Origin: Octopus sinensis
Lineage: Eukaryota
Length of the DNA: 64,000 nucleotides
Assembly (NCBI RefSeq): GCF_006345805.1
Contig: NC_043000.1
Span: 6,634,001-6,698,000, forward strand
Direction: 5' to 3'
The notes beneath the pieces are model-generated. The model had not been told where the DNA came from, ran no database searches, and saw nothing but the letters and a program-made list of their open reading frames with translations. The position numbers were made by a program, and so were the translations under genes. Of this stretch, positions 36,331-48,984 are shown piece by piece (position 1 is the first letter of the stretch; each line of letters begins with the position of its first letter).

Positions 36331-38798
36331 TTACTGCAATGGTGTGGATCTTACAAGGATTTCAGGTTTTCATCTTTTATCATTAATAATTGTTGCCAGG
36401 GACTTGAACTTCTGCACTACCTCTAGTCCTTATACATAGATTGCGCCACTGATGCTTATCATTTCTCTTTTTTGTTGTTGTTGGGTTTTTTTTTTTTGAC
36501 ACTGAATTCAACCCGAAACTTGGCAGCTGTGTCAAGGGGCTGACTAAAATCAATTCCTCTTCCTTTCTAGTTGGTTCATCAATAGATCTCAATCTATTAA
36601 AGATGGCTGAACATTACTTTGCTTGTATGGCAGATTTTGTTGATCATACAATAACTGAGCAAAGGTTGAACACAAGATCAGGACTTTAAACATAAATTCA
36701 CTGTAGTTAAAAATGTAGGAAGCCCCTCTTTTGAAATTAAGTCACTTAACTTCCTAGCTGGTTCATTAGATGTTACAAGTAGGGTCTCAAATACAATAAG
36801 TGTGTTGATGAGAAATAATGGCAATACCATCATCGTGGCTTGGATTCACAAATGAAGATTCCTGAAGGAAACTGTCCACATTAACCACGGGCCCACAGAC
36901 TACTGATATGGAATACTAGACTGATATGGAATAGCCAAACCTGGCCACAGAGGTTGCAAGAGAAAATTTTGTTAAGAGTTGGTATTAGGGTTTGTGATGG
37001 TTTTTACTCCAAGTCAACAACAGAAAAGTAGACAATATAAGAATGAAAAGAATAATCATGTATGGCAGTGACACTTAGGCTAAGAACTGCAGCAGCTGGA
37101 GATGATGACCTCTGGATCCACTGGTTTGCAATGTCAATTTGAATACAAAGGGTAAATGCAAATGCATCAAGGCAGTGATCTTAGGCTAAGACCAGGTTTG
37201 AATGCATACAATAGAGTGAACTGCTAAAAGCACCAAACAGTAATGGTTGTTGAAGTGAGCAACAGATTAGTTCAAGGGAAAGATGTTTGGGTAAAGTTTT
37301 AGTATAGGGTCTGGGAGATGAACACTGATGATAAGAGAAGCCAGTGTGCTGGATGGGTTTAGGCGAAGGAGCTATGTAGCAACTTGGTTCAAAGGAGCAG
37401 AGACAATTATATTAGCTGTAGATGTAGTAAGAAGAAATAGTACATCATGAAGCAATAATGCTAATGAGCTGTTGATTCATTGCCAATTAACCAATTACTA
37501 TTTTCTGGACTAAGTCAAGGATGCTTGTACGAGTTGCTTCAGTGCCATCACAGATATTTGAACAGAACTCTTACGTGGGTTCTTTCTTGAGCTCTGAGAA
37601 GGGCTAAGACACCAAGTCTGAAGAGGAAGACTCATTTTTTGAGATGTTCTTAGAAATGCTACAGATGTGAGGTTACCTTCACAGATCAGAGTTGCAGAGA
37701 TTTAGAAGTTTCTAGTTTTGAGTCCATGTGTAAAGAGAGTATGGTGTAAGGCTGTTTCCCGGATGTAAAGCGATTTTATTATGATGCCAATAAAGGAAGC
37801 TAGGCTATCACGACTGAGGCAACCTGGCTCCTTCATCAGTCTCCAAAGGTAGATAATATTTTTGAGGTGTTTGTTTATGGAAGTTGTGCATGTTTGGTAT
37901 GAACTATCTTAATTGCATGTAAATAATGCTTGTGAGTGTGGAAAGTTAACAGAAATATAGAGTTGCATCATCATAGACAAACACTTAGTTTTGAAATAAA
38001 ATAGCGCAAAAGTAATTTAGGTCAAGCAATTGACATAACAGACAGAAACAGTGAACTTGCTCAATGACTTCTTAAACTTCACAACACATAAGTGACAGCT
38101 TGTATGATTTTAATTTCACAAAATACTAAACAGCTAACATCAAGAGGCAAGAATATTACTGAATGAATATATTTGATTCACATGGTTAAATCATAAATTT
38201 CTTTGACCTACTGAATAGCGATCCACCCTTTGACTCATCACAGGACACCCCTTTAACTTCATCTTATACATTTAGCTTAAGTAACCTAGATAGTAAATTG
38301 ATACTTTGAAAAACAAACTGCTAAATAAAAAAAATTAAGGTACATTTGTTGAGGTCACAATCAGAAATAGAAGTCAATATGGTCTACCAAGCCTAACATG
38401 TATTAACTGCAAGGAAAATAACTATTCTGAAATCAATATTAAACATTATCCACCAAGGATTAAAAAATTACAAATGCACTTAACTGATGCTACAGTATTT
38501 AATCCTGATATAAAAATATCAAATTTAACATCTCTTTCCTGTGCTGGCATGGGTTGGACTATATATTATTTGATTAAAACAGCCAAGATTTTTCTCAGAC
38601 AAAAACCTCCAAAGCTTCTATGTAGTAATTCAGTCTACCTATGTAGCAGTTAGAAATCAAGATTAGAAATAAAAAAAATTTTTTAAATCACCCTAAACTA
38701 TTAAGACATCAATATACATAGAAGCAGAACATAAAAGCTGACTAAACAAACTTCATCTTACAACAAAAACAAGGCAGATTTATCTGCAGAACCTATAA

Positions 38799-40713
38799 CA
38801 CAGATCTGCGACCATAAAATTGTTCCACAGTTATCGGATGAAATTGATCGATTTTTACCTGCTGATTTCAAAAATTACAAAGAAATTATCCTATCACATA
38901 CAGTTTCATCACAAAATCAATCATCACATTTTACCGTTATGTCCAAATTTGACTGTCTTTTATTATTACTATTAATTGCCATAATTAATAGTAATAACAG
39001 TGTAACTAACAGACATAATTTTGAAAAATAAGCATCTGGCAACATTTAGATCACTTCAGCTACATAGAGAGGTACCTGCATAGCTTCAGTCACTCACAAG
39101 CAGTGAGGACAGAAAGATGCCCTTTACAAGGTCACGCTGCTTAGGTTAAAACATTTTTATATTTCATTTATTTCCTCATGCCATTTTCCCTGTATGTTTA
39201 CTAAGTAGATTGCTTTATTGTATCAGATGTTACATTTCAATGCGTCTTTAAGATTATGCAAACATTTGATGGCAAATCAAGAAATAGTAATGACAATGAA
39301 GACTTCAAGAGCAGAGACAGTGAAGAACTTCAACTATTTGACCACTGTGAATTAAATGATCTAATGGGGACTTAGGGTTCTCAAAGGAGTCAGCAAAGCT
39401 TTTAGGTTCCAGCCTTAAATCCCAAATTCTTTTAGCTCCTCGTGGATCATTCTATCGCTATCGTAACCCTATAAAGGAATCTGTTCCTTATTTCGCTCAA
39501 CAAAATGATTTGGTTTATTGTACAGAGCCATCAAGTGTAACAGGAAAATTTGGAGACTTTATTGACTCTTCAAAGAGAAAGTCTTAAAGTTGTTCTGCAG
39601 AACAGTCATAAATATACTTCCATCTCTGTTTGACACTTAGTGATCATGAAGGGAAAACGAAAATTTGGTGTCACTCTTACACAAGATGATTTGCAGTGAC
39701 TTGAAAATAATTTGCATGTTGCTCGAACATCAGCCAGATTACACAAAGTTTCCTTGTTTCTTGTGTAATTGGGACAGTCAAGCCAGGAACCTCAAGTGGT
39801 CCAAAAAAGAATGGCCAACTAAGATTATGCTTACACTAGGAACAAAGAATATCTTTCAAGAAAGTTTGGTTGACCCAAAAAGGGTTCTTTTGCCTCCTCT
39901 ACATAAAAAAATTAGCCTCATGAAGCAATTCATTTAAAGCTTTGCCACAGGATGGAGAGGGTTTCAGGTATTTGCATAGCAAGTTTCCTGCTCTGTCAAG
40001 ACGCCAAAGTTGAAGCGGGTGTATTTGTAGGACCAGATATAAGGAAACTCATCAAGGATGACAATTTTAAAAACTCTCATTGATCCTGAAAAAGACGTAT
40101 GGATTACTTTTAAAAATGTGAAGAAGAACTCTTTGGATAATCACAGGAAATCATTGTGGGAAGACTACTGAAAATGAGCATTAAAGTTCATTTCCTAAAG
40201 GCCCATTTGGATTTCTAACTGGAAAATCTAGGGGATGTGAGTGAGAAGCAAGGGGAAAAGCTTCATCAAGCCATAAAGATCGAAATATATAAGGGAAAAT
40301 GAAATATCAGTATGATGGCCAACTACAACTGGGTGTTGCACCATAAATGTCCTTTAAATGCTCACAAGTGAAAGAGTTCCAAAAATAGTTTCCAAAAGAA
40401 AAAAAGATTTTGAGGAGCTGAACATAAAAAAATGAATGGAACCCTTGTAAAGATCTATTTTCTCACCTTTCAATTGCCTTTGTGCCATTTTATTTTGCTA
40501 AATAAAGTACCGAATTCATTATTATTAGTCTCATTTTGTCCTACCACATGTGGATTTACCTAAAAATTATGGTATATTTTATCATTAAATTGTCAGAAAA
40601 CTTGAGGTAATGGGAAAGAGCTTTTTTAATATTTAGAATTAGCTCCACAAATTTACATAAATCAATGAAATTATATCAAAACAATTTTCAAAAAGTTGTT
40701 TCATAGATCTGTG
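38799..40713 (+). mobile_element. Internally deleted Chapaev3-type (CMC superfamily) DNA transposon
   Basis: TAA|CACAGATCT...AGATCTGTG|TAA: CAC...GTG termini with a 3-bp TWA duplication. Decayed transposase fragments: ELNDL, DLKIICMLL...YTKFPCFLCNWDSQAR, LLPPLHKKISLMKQFI, VFVGPDIRKL, SEKQGEKLHQAIK. Confidence 0.75.
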
Positions 40714-41224
40714 TAATTAGAAGCAATAAAATGGTGTCGGCACAATACACAAACAGCAGTTTGTAAATGATCGACAGGTAAAGGCACTTTTCTCACTGAA
40801 TACTAGAAACACTAGAAAAGAAAATGGTAATAAACCTCCATTTCAGTTGAATAACTGCATACATCAACTAATAGAGTTCAGTTTTACAAATGTGGTATTA
40901 AAAGATTTCACAACCACAGCTACTGAATCATTTCCAAAGCAGGCTAGATAACAAGTGTATTGTTTCTATCTTACATAAGACTGCATTGACCTCATTTTTA
41001 CTATGTCAAATCTTTAAATAATCATTGCTCTGCTCGCAATCAACACCATTATGAATTCAATTACTAATACTATTTAAAATAATATTATGCAAAAGAGAGC
41101 TTTTTGTAGTATCTTGTTTAGGATCTAAAATAGCTAGATATCAAAATATTTTGTTAGAAGTAACTCTAAACATTTAACTTTCTTTCATATATGCAGGTGT
41201 TAAAATATTTAGGTTGAAAACTAC

Positions 41225-41780
41225 TAAATCTTGCTATAATGAGCATTATGTCCATCTGTCTGTCCCTCCGTTTGTGTTACCTCTTCACGGTCAAACAGCT
41301 GGACAAATGGTCACAATATTTTCAGGATTACAGATGTAATCAGGAAAATTTTTAGCAAAAAAATTTTTTAAATATGATTATTTAGTGAATACTGAGTTTT
41401 GTATTAATAAATCAGCTTTGATTATTTTGGTTAAAAGCCAGTGACGAGGATTAACTCTGGATTTCCCCCCTGTATAGTTCTTGAATTTAGATTTGCGATA
41501 CTATCCATTTATTTCCCATCCTAGATGGGCAGATTTGCTATCTTACTATAATGGGTGTTATGTCCATTTGTCTGTCTCTATGTTCCCCCTTCACAGCCAG
41601 ATGGCTGGACTAATGGTTATGATATTTTTCAGAATTAAGAAGACAGTTGTCAGGAAGGATTTTAGCATTAAAAAATCAGAAAGTATGATTATTTCATGAA
41701 TACGGATTTTTGAACAGGAACAGGTAAACCACCTTCACATTTTTATTAAAAACTCACTGACCACGAGTAACTGGATTTTC
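41225..41780 (+). repeat. Two diverged tandem copies (~310-bp period) of a Helitron-like 5' end
   Basis: atctt(g/a)ctataatg(a/g)g..ttatgtccat(c/t)tgtctgtc occurs at ~41228 and ~41540, each followed by related ctgga...aatggt...attttcag...ttttagc segments. Confidence 0.5.
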
Positions 41781-41987
41781 ATCATATAAAGGCCCCATCG
41801 TAGATACAAAGGGAGTCGCAAGACAGTTAATAGTGAAAATAAAATGGAAAAAGTGTGTGTCAGTATATAGTGTGCGTGATTATTAAGTGGTTATAGAAAC
41901 GTGTCCGCCTCTAACAAGATTTGAAACAGTTAACTGAAGCAGCTGTGGTTTAGATCTCTGTTTTGTCAATCAAAATAATCCATGATA

Positions 41988-43276
41988 CGAGGGGCGTTCA
42001 ATAAGTAATGCCCCTGACCCACTTCCCATAGCAGTAGAGCAACGAAACTTGGCACAGTTATTAGTCTTTTTCTACATAGGAACCACCCAGAGTTACACAT
42101 TTCTCCCATCGTTTGATGCGGCTCTGGAGACCGTTTTTGTAGAACCCAGCTCGGTCCTCCAACCTCAACGTGACTTCAGAAATCAAGGCTGCATCATCTG
42201 GGAAACGCTTTCCTTTCAAAAACAACTTCATGATTGGGAAGAGGTGAAAATCAGAGGGAAGCAAGGTCAGGAAAGTAGGGGGGATGGGGAGGAGTTCATA
42301 GCCATACGCCTGTGCTTCTGATCTGGCGACAAGCGAGTTGTGGACTGGAGCGTTGTCCTGCAGGAGGAGGATGCCTTTGCTGATCTTGCCCCGCCTCTTG
42401 ATTTTGATAACTTCTCTTAATTTCCTCAAAAGTGAAGCATAATAGGCTCCTGCAATTGTGGTACCCTTTGCCAGGAAATCTGTCATCACTACTCCGTCCT
42501 GGTCCCAGAAGACTGTGAGCATGACCTTGCCAGCGGAGGGCTGCACCCTTGCCTTTTTTGGAGGGGGTGAGTCACGGTGCTTCCACTGCATTGACTGGGC
42601 TTTGGTCTCTGGATCATCGTGATGGACCCAGGTTTCATCCTGTGTAATCAGTCTTTTGAAAAATTTTGACTCATCTTCTTGGCACATCTCCAAATTCACC
42701 CTCGAGCACTCGACACGTTCTTGCTTCTGGAAAGGCGTGAGCAACCTGGGAATCCATCTGGCAGACACCTTTTGCATATGCAAATGGTCATGAATGATAG
42801 TTTCCACAGACCCGGTACTAATCTTGACCTCATGGGCTATTTGGCGAATAATTATGCGTTGATCTTCCAAAATGGCAGCCTCAACTTGACGGACAGATGC
42901 CTCATCAATGGCAGTAGGGGGCGACCAGACCTGGGAGCTGTTTCCACAGAGTTCCGACCATGTTTGAATTCACGATGCCAGCGTTTTACAAGGTCATATG
43001 ATAGGGCATCATCACCATAAGTTACTTTCATTTCATCAAAAGTCTCCCGTGGTGTGCGTCCTTTCAAATACAAAAACCGGATCACTGCTCAACACTCAAC
43101 AGGCTCCATTTCACACTTGACTCGGTTCAAACACCTGTAAATCAGAAACCACAATTAATTCAGAGCTGTAATTTGCCACTTACTCTATAGAGATATAAAT
43201 GATTGCACATGCAAAATTTCAGCTAGATCAAACAACTGCAAGTGGGTCAGAGGCATTACTTATTGAACGTCCCTCG
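41988..43276 (-). mobile_element. Full-length mariner (DD34D) element, inactive
   Basis: TA duplication (41986-41987, 43277-43278), 37-bp TIRs with 2 mismatches, 1289 bp long. Transposase motifs TQDETWVH, LQDNAPVH and PSD(FHLF) with 34 residues between D2 and D3. TGA at codon 7 (43089-43091), a frameshift near 42920, and compensating frameshifts over the YSPDLAP motif. Confidence 0.95.
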
Positions 43277-43349
43277 TACAAGAACATCCAGACATTATTC
43301 ACACAAAACAGTGAGAGATAAGTCTTAGTTTGATTTTTTGCAATCCTAA

Positions 43350-43539
43350 AGATTCTGCTTGCACATTCACAGCAAACAAGGCACAGGGTCAGACTTTAGA
43401 TTACATAGGTGTAATTTTAGTCAATCCAATGTTTACACATGGCCAATTATATGTCGCTATGAGTAGAGCAACAAACTCAAGTAATTTGAAAATTAGTGTC
43501 AACCAAACAGAAAATATTATCTACAAAGAAATTTTGTAA
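43350..43539 (+). pseudogene. Helitron PIF1-like helicase C-terminal remnant
   Basis: TANKAQGQTLDYIGVILVNPMFTHGQLYVAMSR...TENIIYKEIL matches the Helitron RepHel terminus (TINKSQGQT...HGQLYVALSR...NIVYKEVL). Confidence 0.85.
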
Positions 43540-44959
43540 TCATATTGCTATTATAAAAAGGAATAGGATTCATAATTTAAATAAGAAAATTTTTGAACTT
43601 TGAATGTATAAGAGTATAAACAAGCGTAAAATAGTAGAAACAACTAAAATAAAAGTATATCTAAATAACTTTTTACTTAATACTTTTTATGTAGTGGTCA
43701 AAGGAAAGTCTGGCTTTCGTTAGGAGTGGTCCACATAACCATTCATGATACAGAGCCTGGAAGCCTATTTCAATTCAGGAGTGAGTCATCATCACGTCAC
43801 TTAGTCGCAAACACATAATATAGCTGCAATAGAATGCTATATAACCAACAATAATATGATTTCTTTAAGACATAACCCAGTAATCTATCAAGTCCATTTA
43901 CACATTTCTCAATACATATGCTATTATGATTCCCTCTCTCATTTTATGCCCCCATCATAGATAAATAGATTTGCTAGTAGGTAAAATCCTAAGAAACACC
44001 AATCATTTATCCACAAGACATTTTAGATATCCACACTGAGCTATTTGATTCCAAAGAAATGTTAATAACTCAGGTATCAAATCTTTTGTATATGAACCAT
44101 ATGTTAGAATGCCTTTGACAGAAAACTTATTCAGGCGCAAAGAGCCTTTTATGGACTATACCAAGAATCAAAGCATTCCAACCATGTCCATCACATAAGA
44201 CGGTAGGGTTGATCCGAATGCTATTTCTAATAGGTCAAGCGATTTACATAAATTCTTTTCTTAGCTCAAAAAACTGGTGTTGCATACCAAGTTCATAATA
44301 TAATTTTCAAAAGTAAACTGGTTAGTTAAAACATCCACAACTAAAAATTAGCAACTGATTTTTAAATCATTATTAGATGGAAAAAGATTAAACTGGATTT
44401 AAAAGCATGTGACATTTGATTATAAGCATTATTTGGAAAATCACATCACTGAAATTTAGAACAATCATTAAAGATACTAAATTCCTGAGAGTGTGTGTAT
44501 ATGTGCAGTTGAACATCTACAGGTAAGAGAGTCATAAAAGAGTTTATAGTCAAGGTGTATTAGGAAGTATGTCAAAAAGCTTTAAAAATAATCCTACACA
44601 CACACACAAAAGTAAATTGGCAGGCTCATAAGAGCATCACACACATAATATGCCTTGCAGTATTTGTTGTGCTCCCAGATCTAACCATACCATGCTCAGC
44701 TTTGCTATTCATTCTTTTAAGGTGTACTGGCAAAACTAAGAATGTCAAACAGATGCCTTGCAGTATTTGTTCTGACATTTTCCTTTTTAGTTTAACTCTA
44801 TCTAGGTACCTAAAAGGCATCCTTACCAACTCTGAGGCCTAACATGGCAACTCCTCAAAAACAAATACCAGCACTAAATAGATGGTGCTGTGTAGAATCA
44901 AAAGCAAGAATCCTCCAAGTGGAGCAACATATACCCAGGTGAGTAAATGTATGCATTTA

Positions 44960-45250
44960 TACAAGTGTGACAGTGTGGTTGAGAAGCTGGCTTCCCAACC
45001 ATATGGTCTTGAGTTCAATCTTGCTGTGTGGCATTCTAGGCAAGTGACTTCTGTAGCTCTGGGTCAATCAAAGCCCATCATATTCGTGTGTGTGTGTGTG
45101 TGTGTTCATTTCCCGTCATCCATGAAAAGCATGTCTACAGGAAAATATTACCTTGCTTGGAAACAGGTGAGAGTTGGTAACAGGAAGGGCATCTCCCTCA
45201 ACAAATTCCATCTGATCCATGCAAGCATGGAAAAGTGAGGGTTATATGGT
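44960..45250 (+). mobile_element. tRNA-derived SINE with RTE-type tail
   Basis: SINE head gtgtggttgagaagctggcttcccaacc...; tail caggaagggcatc...ccatgcaagcatggaaaag. Confidence 0.65.
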
Positions 45251-45764
45251 GATGATTGAAGCGAGTGTGATGAATGTGTGTGAAATCTTATATTACGCTT
45301 ATAATCCCGAAGGGTGTACTTAGTTATAGATGCTAGTGTAGCCTAATAAACATTTAATACTTAAAAGGTAAAAAAAAAAAAGCAAGAAAGATTAACATAA
45401 ATCCATAACTGAGGCTAATAAATAACTCAAGCCTAATATCATCTTGCAGTTGGCTCTCACTGTGAAGATCTCATTCAAGGTTACTCTAAAGACCTCTTAC
45501 AAGGTTATTGATTTACTGAATCTGACAAAAGAGAAGAAGAAAAAAACATGAAAATAGTCTGATTTAATAACCAATCAAGACCGTTTTACTTTTAATTGCA
45601 AACCAAATACTAAATAGGACTAATCTTGATGCACACCATCTACCATTTAGTTATGTAATCGGAATAGTATTTTACACAATATTAACCAAAAAAATTAAAG
45701 CAAGCAAAGATTTCTCTACATTCACAATCAGTATTTATTCAAATGCATTTTGTGTAATTATTAA

Positions 45765-45976
45765 CCCTTAACACTGATTTTTTGCCAAATGTGATGCTTA
45801 TTTATTCACATCGTTTCGAATTAATCACACATCTTCTAGCTTCAATATTTCAATAGTGTATGTATATTTTTGGAATGACATTGAAGGGTAGGTGTGAGTG
45901 GTTGGATCTGGTCAGTTTTAATACAAAAACAGGTAGAATATTTGGGACAGATATAGCTGGACTAAATCCGAAAGGG
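45765..45976 (-). mobile_element. piggyBac-type MITE
   Basis: Perfect TTAA on both sides (45761-45764, 45977-45980), CCCTT...AAGGG ends; reverse complement of 24549-24768. Confidence 0.75.
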
Positions 45977-46149
45977 TTAATTAAACCAGTAATATCTTAG
46001 TAAAACTGTATTGCTGTATGTCAACATATTGCATTTTATTTCCTCTCCAATAAACTTACTTTTTATTTAATATACATCCTAAAAAATAACTCCCTATAAA
46101 AAGAATATTCAGAGTAGTGGTTTGGAGGAAATTAGTTGAATTAACCATC

Positions 46150-46520
46150 ATTTTGATGTCCAATTTTTCTATGCTTGCAGAGCTCAGAGTTTATCAACTG
46201 TGATTTTCTATTGTTAAATGCTCTTCTTGTCACCAACGCTCACTTATTTCAAAGGTAATATTTCCCAGTGGCCAAGCATGTTTATACAGAATATTGAAAA
46301 AGAACAACACTGCTTACATGAGTGACACAGCTATCGATGTCAAGATAAGGACACACACAAACAGGCTTCATTCACTTTGTCTTCCAAATCCACTCACAAG
46401 GATTTGATTGGCCCAGGGCGATAGAAGACCTGTTCAAGGTGTCACACAGTAGGACAGAACCCAAAACCATGTGGTTGAGAAACAAACTTTTTGAACACAC
46501 AGCCATTCCTGCACCTAAAA
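46150..46520 (-). mobile_element. tRNA-derived SINE with RTE-type tail
   Basis: Reverse-orientation relative of 44960-45250 (caaatccactcacaagg...accatgtggttgag...cacacagccat). Confidence 0.65.
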
Positions 46521-46992
46521 CAATCTGAATGTTCTAGTCAGTAGTTTGCAAAATACCAAAGGAACATTCAGCCTAAAACAACAGGACCCAATTTTGTTTC
46601 ATTATTTAATAATCAGAAAGAGAATACAAAAACAGTATACAAAACAATGGATGTTAAACTGATAGTTTACCAATATTCCCACTTCTCTGAATATCAATAG
46701 CAATTAGTTGAAGTATTTTGTAATCATGCATGTTTACATTTTACAATTACCCTTAAATCTGTTGTAATCAGTTTCCTTAATCTCAAAACTGTAAATGAGA
46801 TAAGATATAATTAAGCTATCTAATGAGATGGGTTAATCAAATTTGCATATAATTTCTCATCGCAAAAGGAAAGCATCCATTAAAAGACTAAGCGATTTTA
46901 TTCTTGTATGAAGAAGTACTCTAATTAGCTTCTTGAAGAAGCATGCTATTTGACAATCATGGGCAACTATTTATGATATGTGTGTGTGTGTT

Positions 46993-47246
46993 TCATCATC
47001 ATCATCATCGTTTAACGTCCGTTTTCCATGCTAGCATGGGTTGGACAGTTCAACTGGGGTCTGGGAAGCCAGAAGTCTGTGCCAGGCCCAGTCTGATCTG
47101 GCAGTGCTTCTACAGCTGGATGCCCTTCCTAACACCAACCACTCCGTGAGTGTAGTGGGTGCTTTTTATGTGCCACCTGCACAGGTGCCAGACAAGGCTG
47201 GCAAACGGCCACGGTCGGATGGTGCTTTTTACGTGCCACCGGCACC
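46993..47246 (-). mobile_element. 5'-truncated 3' end of the RTE family at 13029-17662
   Basis: (atc)n-gtttaacgtccgttttccatgctagcatgggttggac...gatgcccttcctaac, plus one and a half 62-bp units; closely similar to 13035-13290. Confidence 0.88.
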
Positions 47247-47527
47247 AAATTGGATTTAAAGGGGTGGACAATAGAATATCATTTTAAAAGATAAACTGCC
47301 GAAAAGGTCTCTCACAAATACAATTTCGTGAATAGAACAATTTAAACAATAGTCATTAAAAAGTAAGGACCAAGTTCCTTAGGGTATTGAGCTGTAATAA
47401 GAACAATAAAATAAGATGCATACATTACAGTTAACACCTAAGTGATAATTATTGGTTGCACTTGACAAATTTCTGAGATTATCTATTGCAGAAACTGAGA
47501 AATTCCATGAGAAACATTAAACCTCTG

Positions 47528-47566
<39 letters not shown>

Positions 47567-48751
47567 CAGTACTGTATAAATAGAAATACTGCTATATGCT
47601 TAGCAGTTCCAACCCTCCAAATCATTATGGATATAAGCCAACAATGAGACGTCATGCAATTACTCAACATGATAGAAACAGCAGCTAAATTTAACTCAGA
47701 CCATACTATCTTAAGATTAAAAAAAATGTATTTAAAGTTCTAGGCAACCCTAAAACGACAATAGTCCCAACTGGAACACCTCCGATTATAGGTTTGCTTG
47801 ATCAGTGATGACCTGTAAGTAAACATCTTTTACAATTCAATTTTAAACAAGATAAAAGGAAAGAGATCATTAATATAATTGTATTCCAGAGGGTAGCAGA
47901 AATAAAAATCTTTTGTTGGAAGTTTTTTAAAATGTTGCTCTGTTGCATCTAATAGAATCAGCCATTATACTTCTAGAAATTAAAATACTTTCCAAAAAGA
48001 CAAAATACAGATAAAAATACAAGTTATTTGTAGAAAGCAAAATTGCGTACTAAACGTAACCATAATAAATGGAGTACTTAATATGAACGGAGAAATCAAA
48101 ATTAATCATCATTGAGGAAATAGTGATCATGATTAAGAGAGAAAATTCATAAAACGGAAAACAGTAATGCAACCTGAATATCAGAAAACTAGTATTCTGA
48201 ACAGGGAAATGATAAGCAAAGCATAGACAAGAGTTAATATTCAGTGCTGTTGTTGTTGTTGAGAGCATAACTCCTCTCTAACTGATGTGTTTAAAGGAAG
48301 GCAATCACAAACCCTTAAAAAGAGCCAAGTAGCTTTGTTGAAAGTGAGGCGAAGAGTAGAAATTTAATACTGCTTAAACAATGTAACCAATGAGTACAGA
48401 AGATGTAGAGTGGTGGTATTCCTGGCAGGCTGACAGCACTCTTCAAATGGAAGATCAGCTCTGCAAGCTGGATTACACATGCTAAAGGCATGGAGTTACA
48501 ACAAGTAATAAAGAAATTCTTTTACCAGAGGGACATAATTAGTGTAGAAACGATATAGAGTTGAATATTCTTAATGACAAAATCTGGAAGAAATTAATAT
48601 TTACACTACATACTACATCTAGTAGCTACACACACGTGTAATTACTTGACTCGCTACATATAGCAACCAAATCTCCCTCAAATCACACCCCAACACCTTT
48701 AAAAAGAAAAAAAAGCATTAGATAATGCTGTTCAACACATCCACCCTCACC

Positions 48752-48984
48752 CTACAGCTGGATGCCCTTCCTAACGCCAACCACTCCGTGAGTGTAGTGG
48801 GTGCTTTTTATGTGCCACCTGCACAGGTGCCAGACAAGGCTGGCAAACGGCCACGGTCGGATGGTGCTTTTTACGTGCCACCGGCACCAAATTGGATTTA
48901 AAGGGGTGGACAATAGAATATCATTTTAAAAGATAAACTGCCGAAAAGGTCTCTCACAAATACAATTTCGTGAATAGAACAATT
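48752..48984 (+). repeat. 233-bp direct duplicate of 47110-47342
   Basis: Identical except one substitution (aacacc vs aacgcc); includes ~95 bp of flank that is not part of the RTE tail. Confidence 0.92.
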
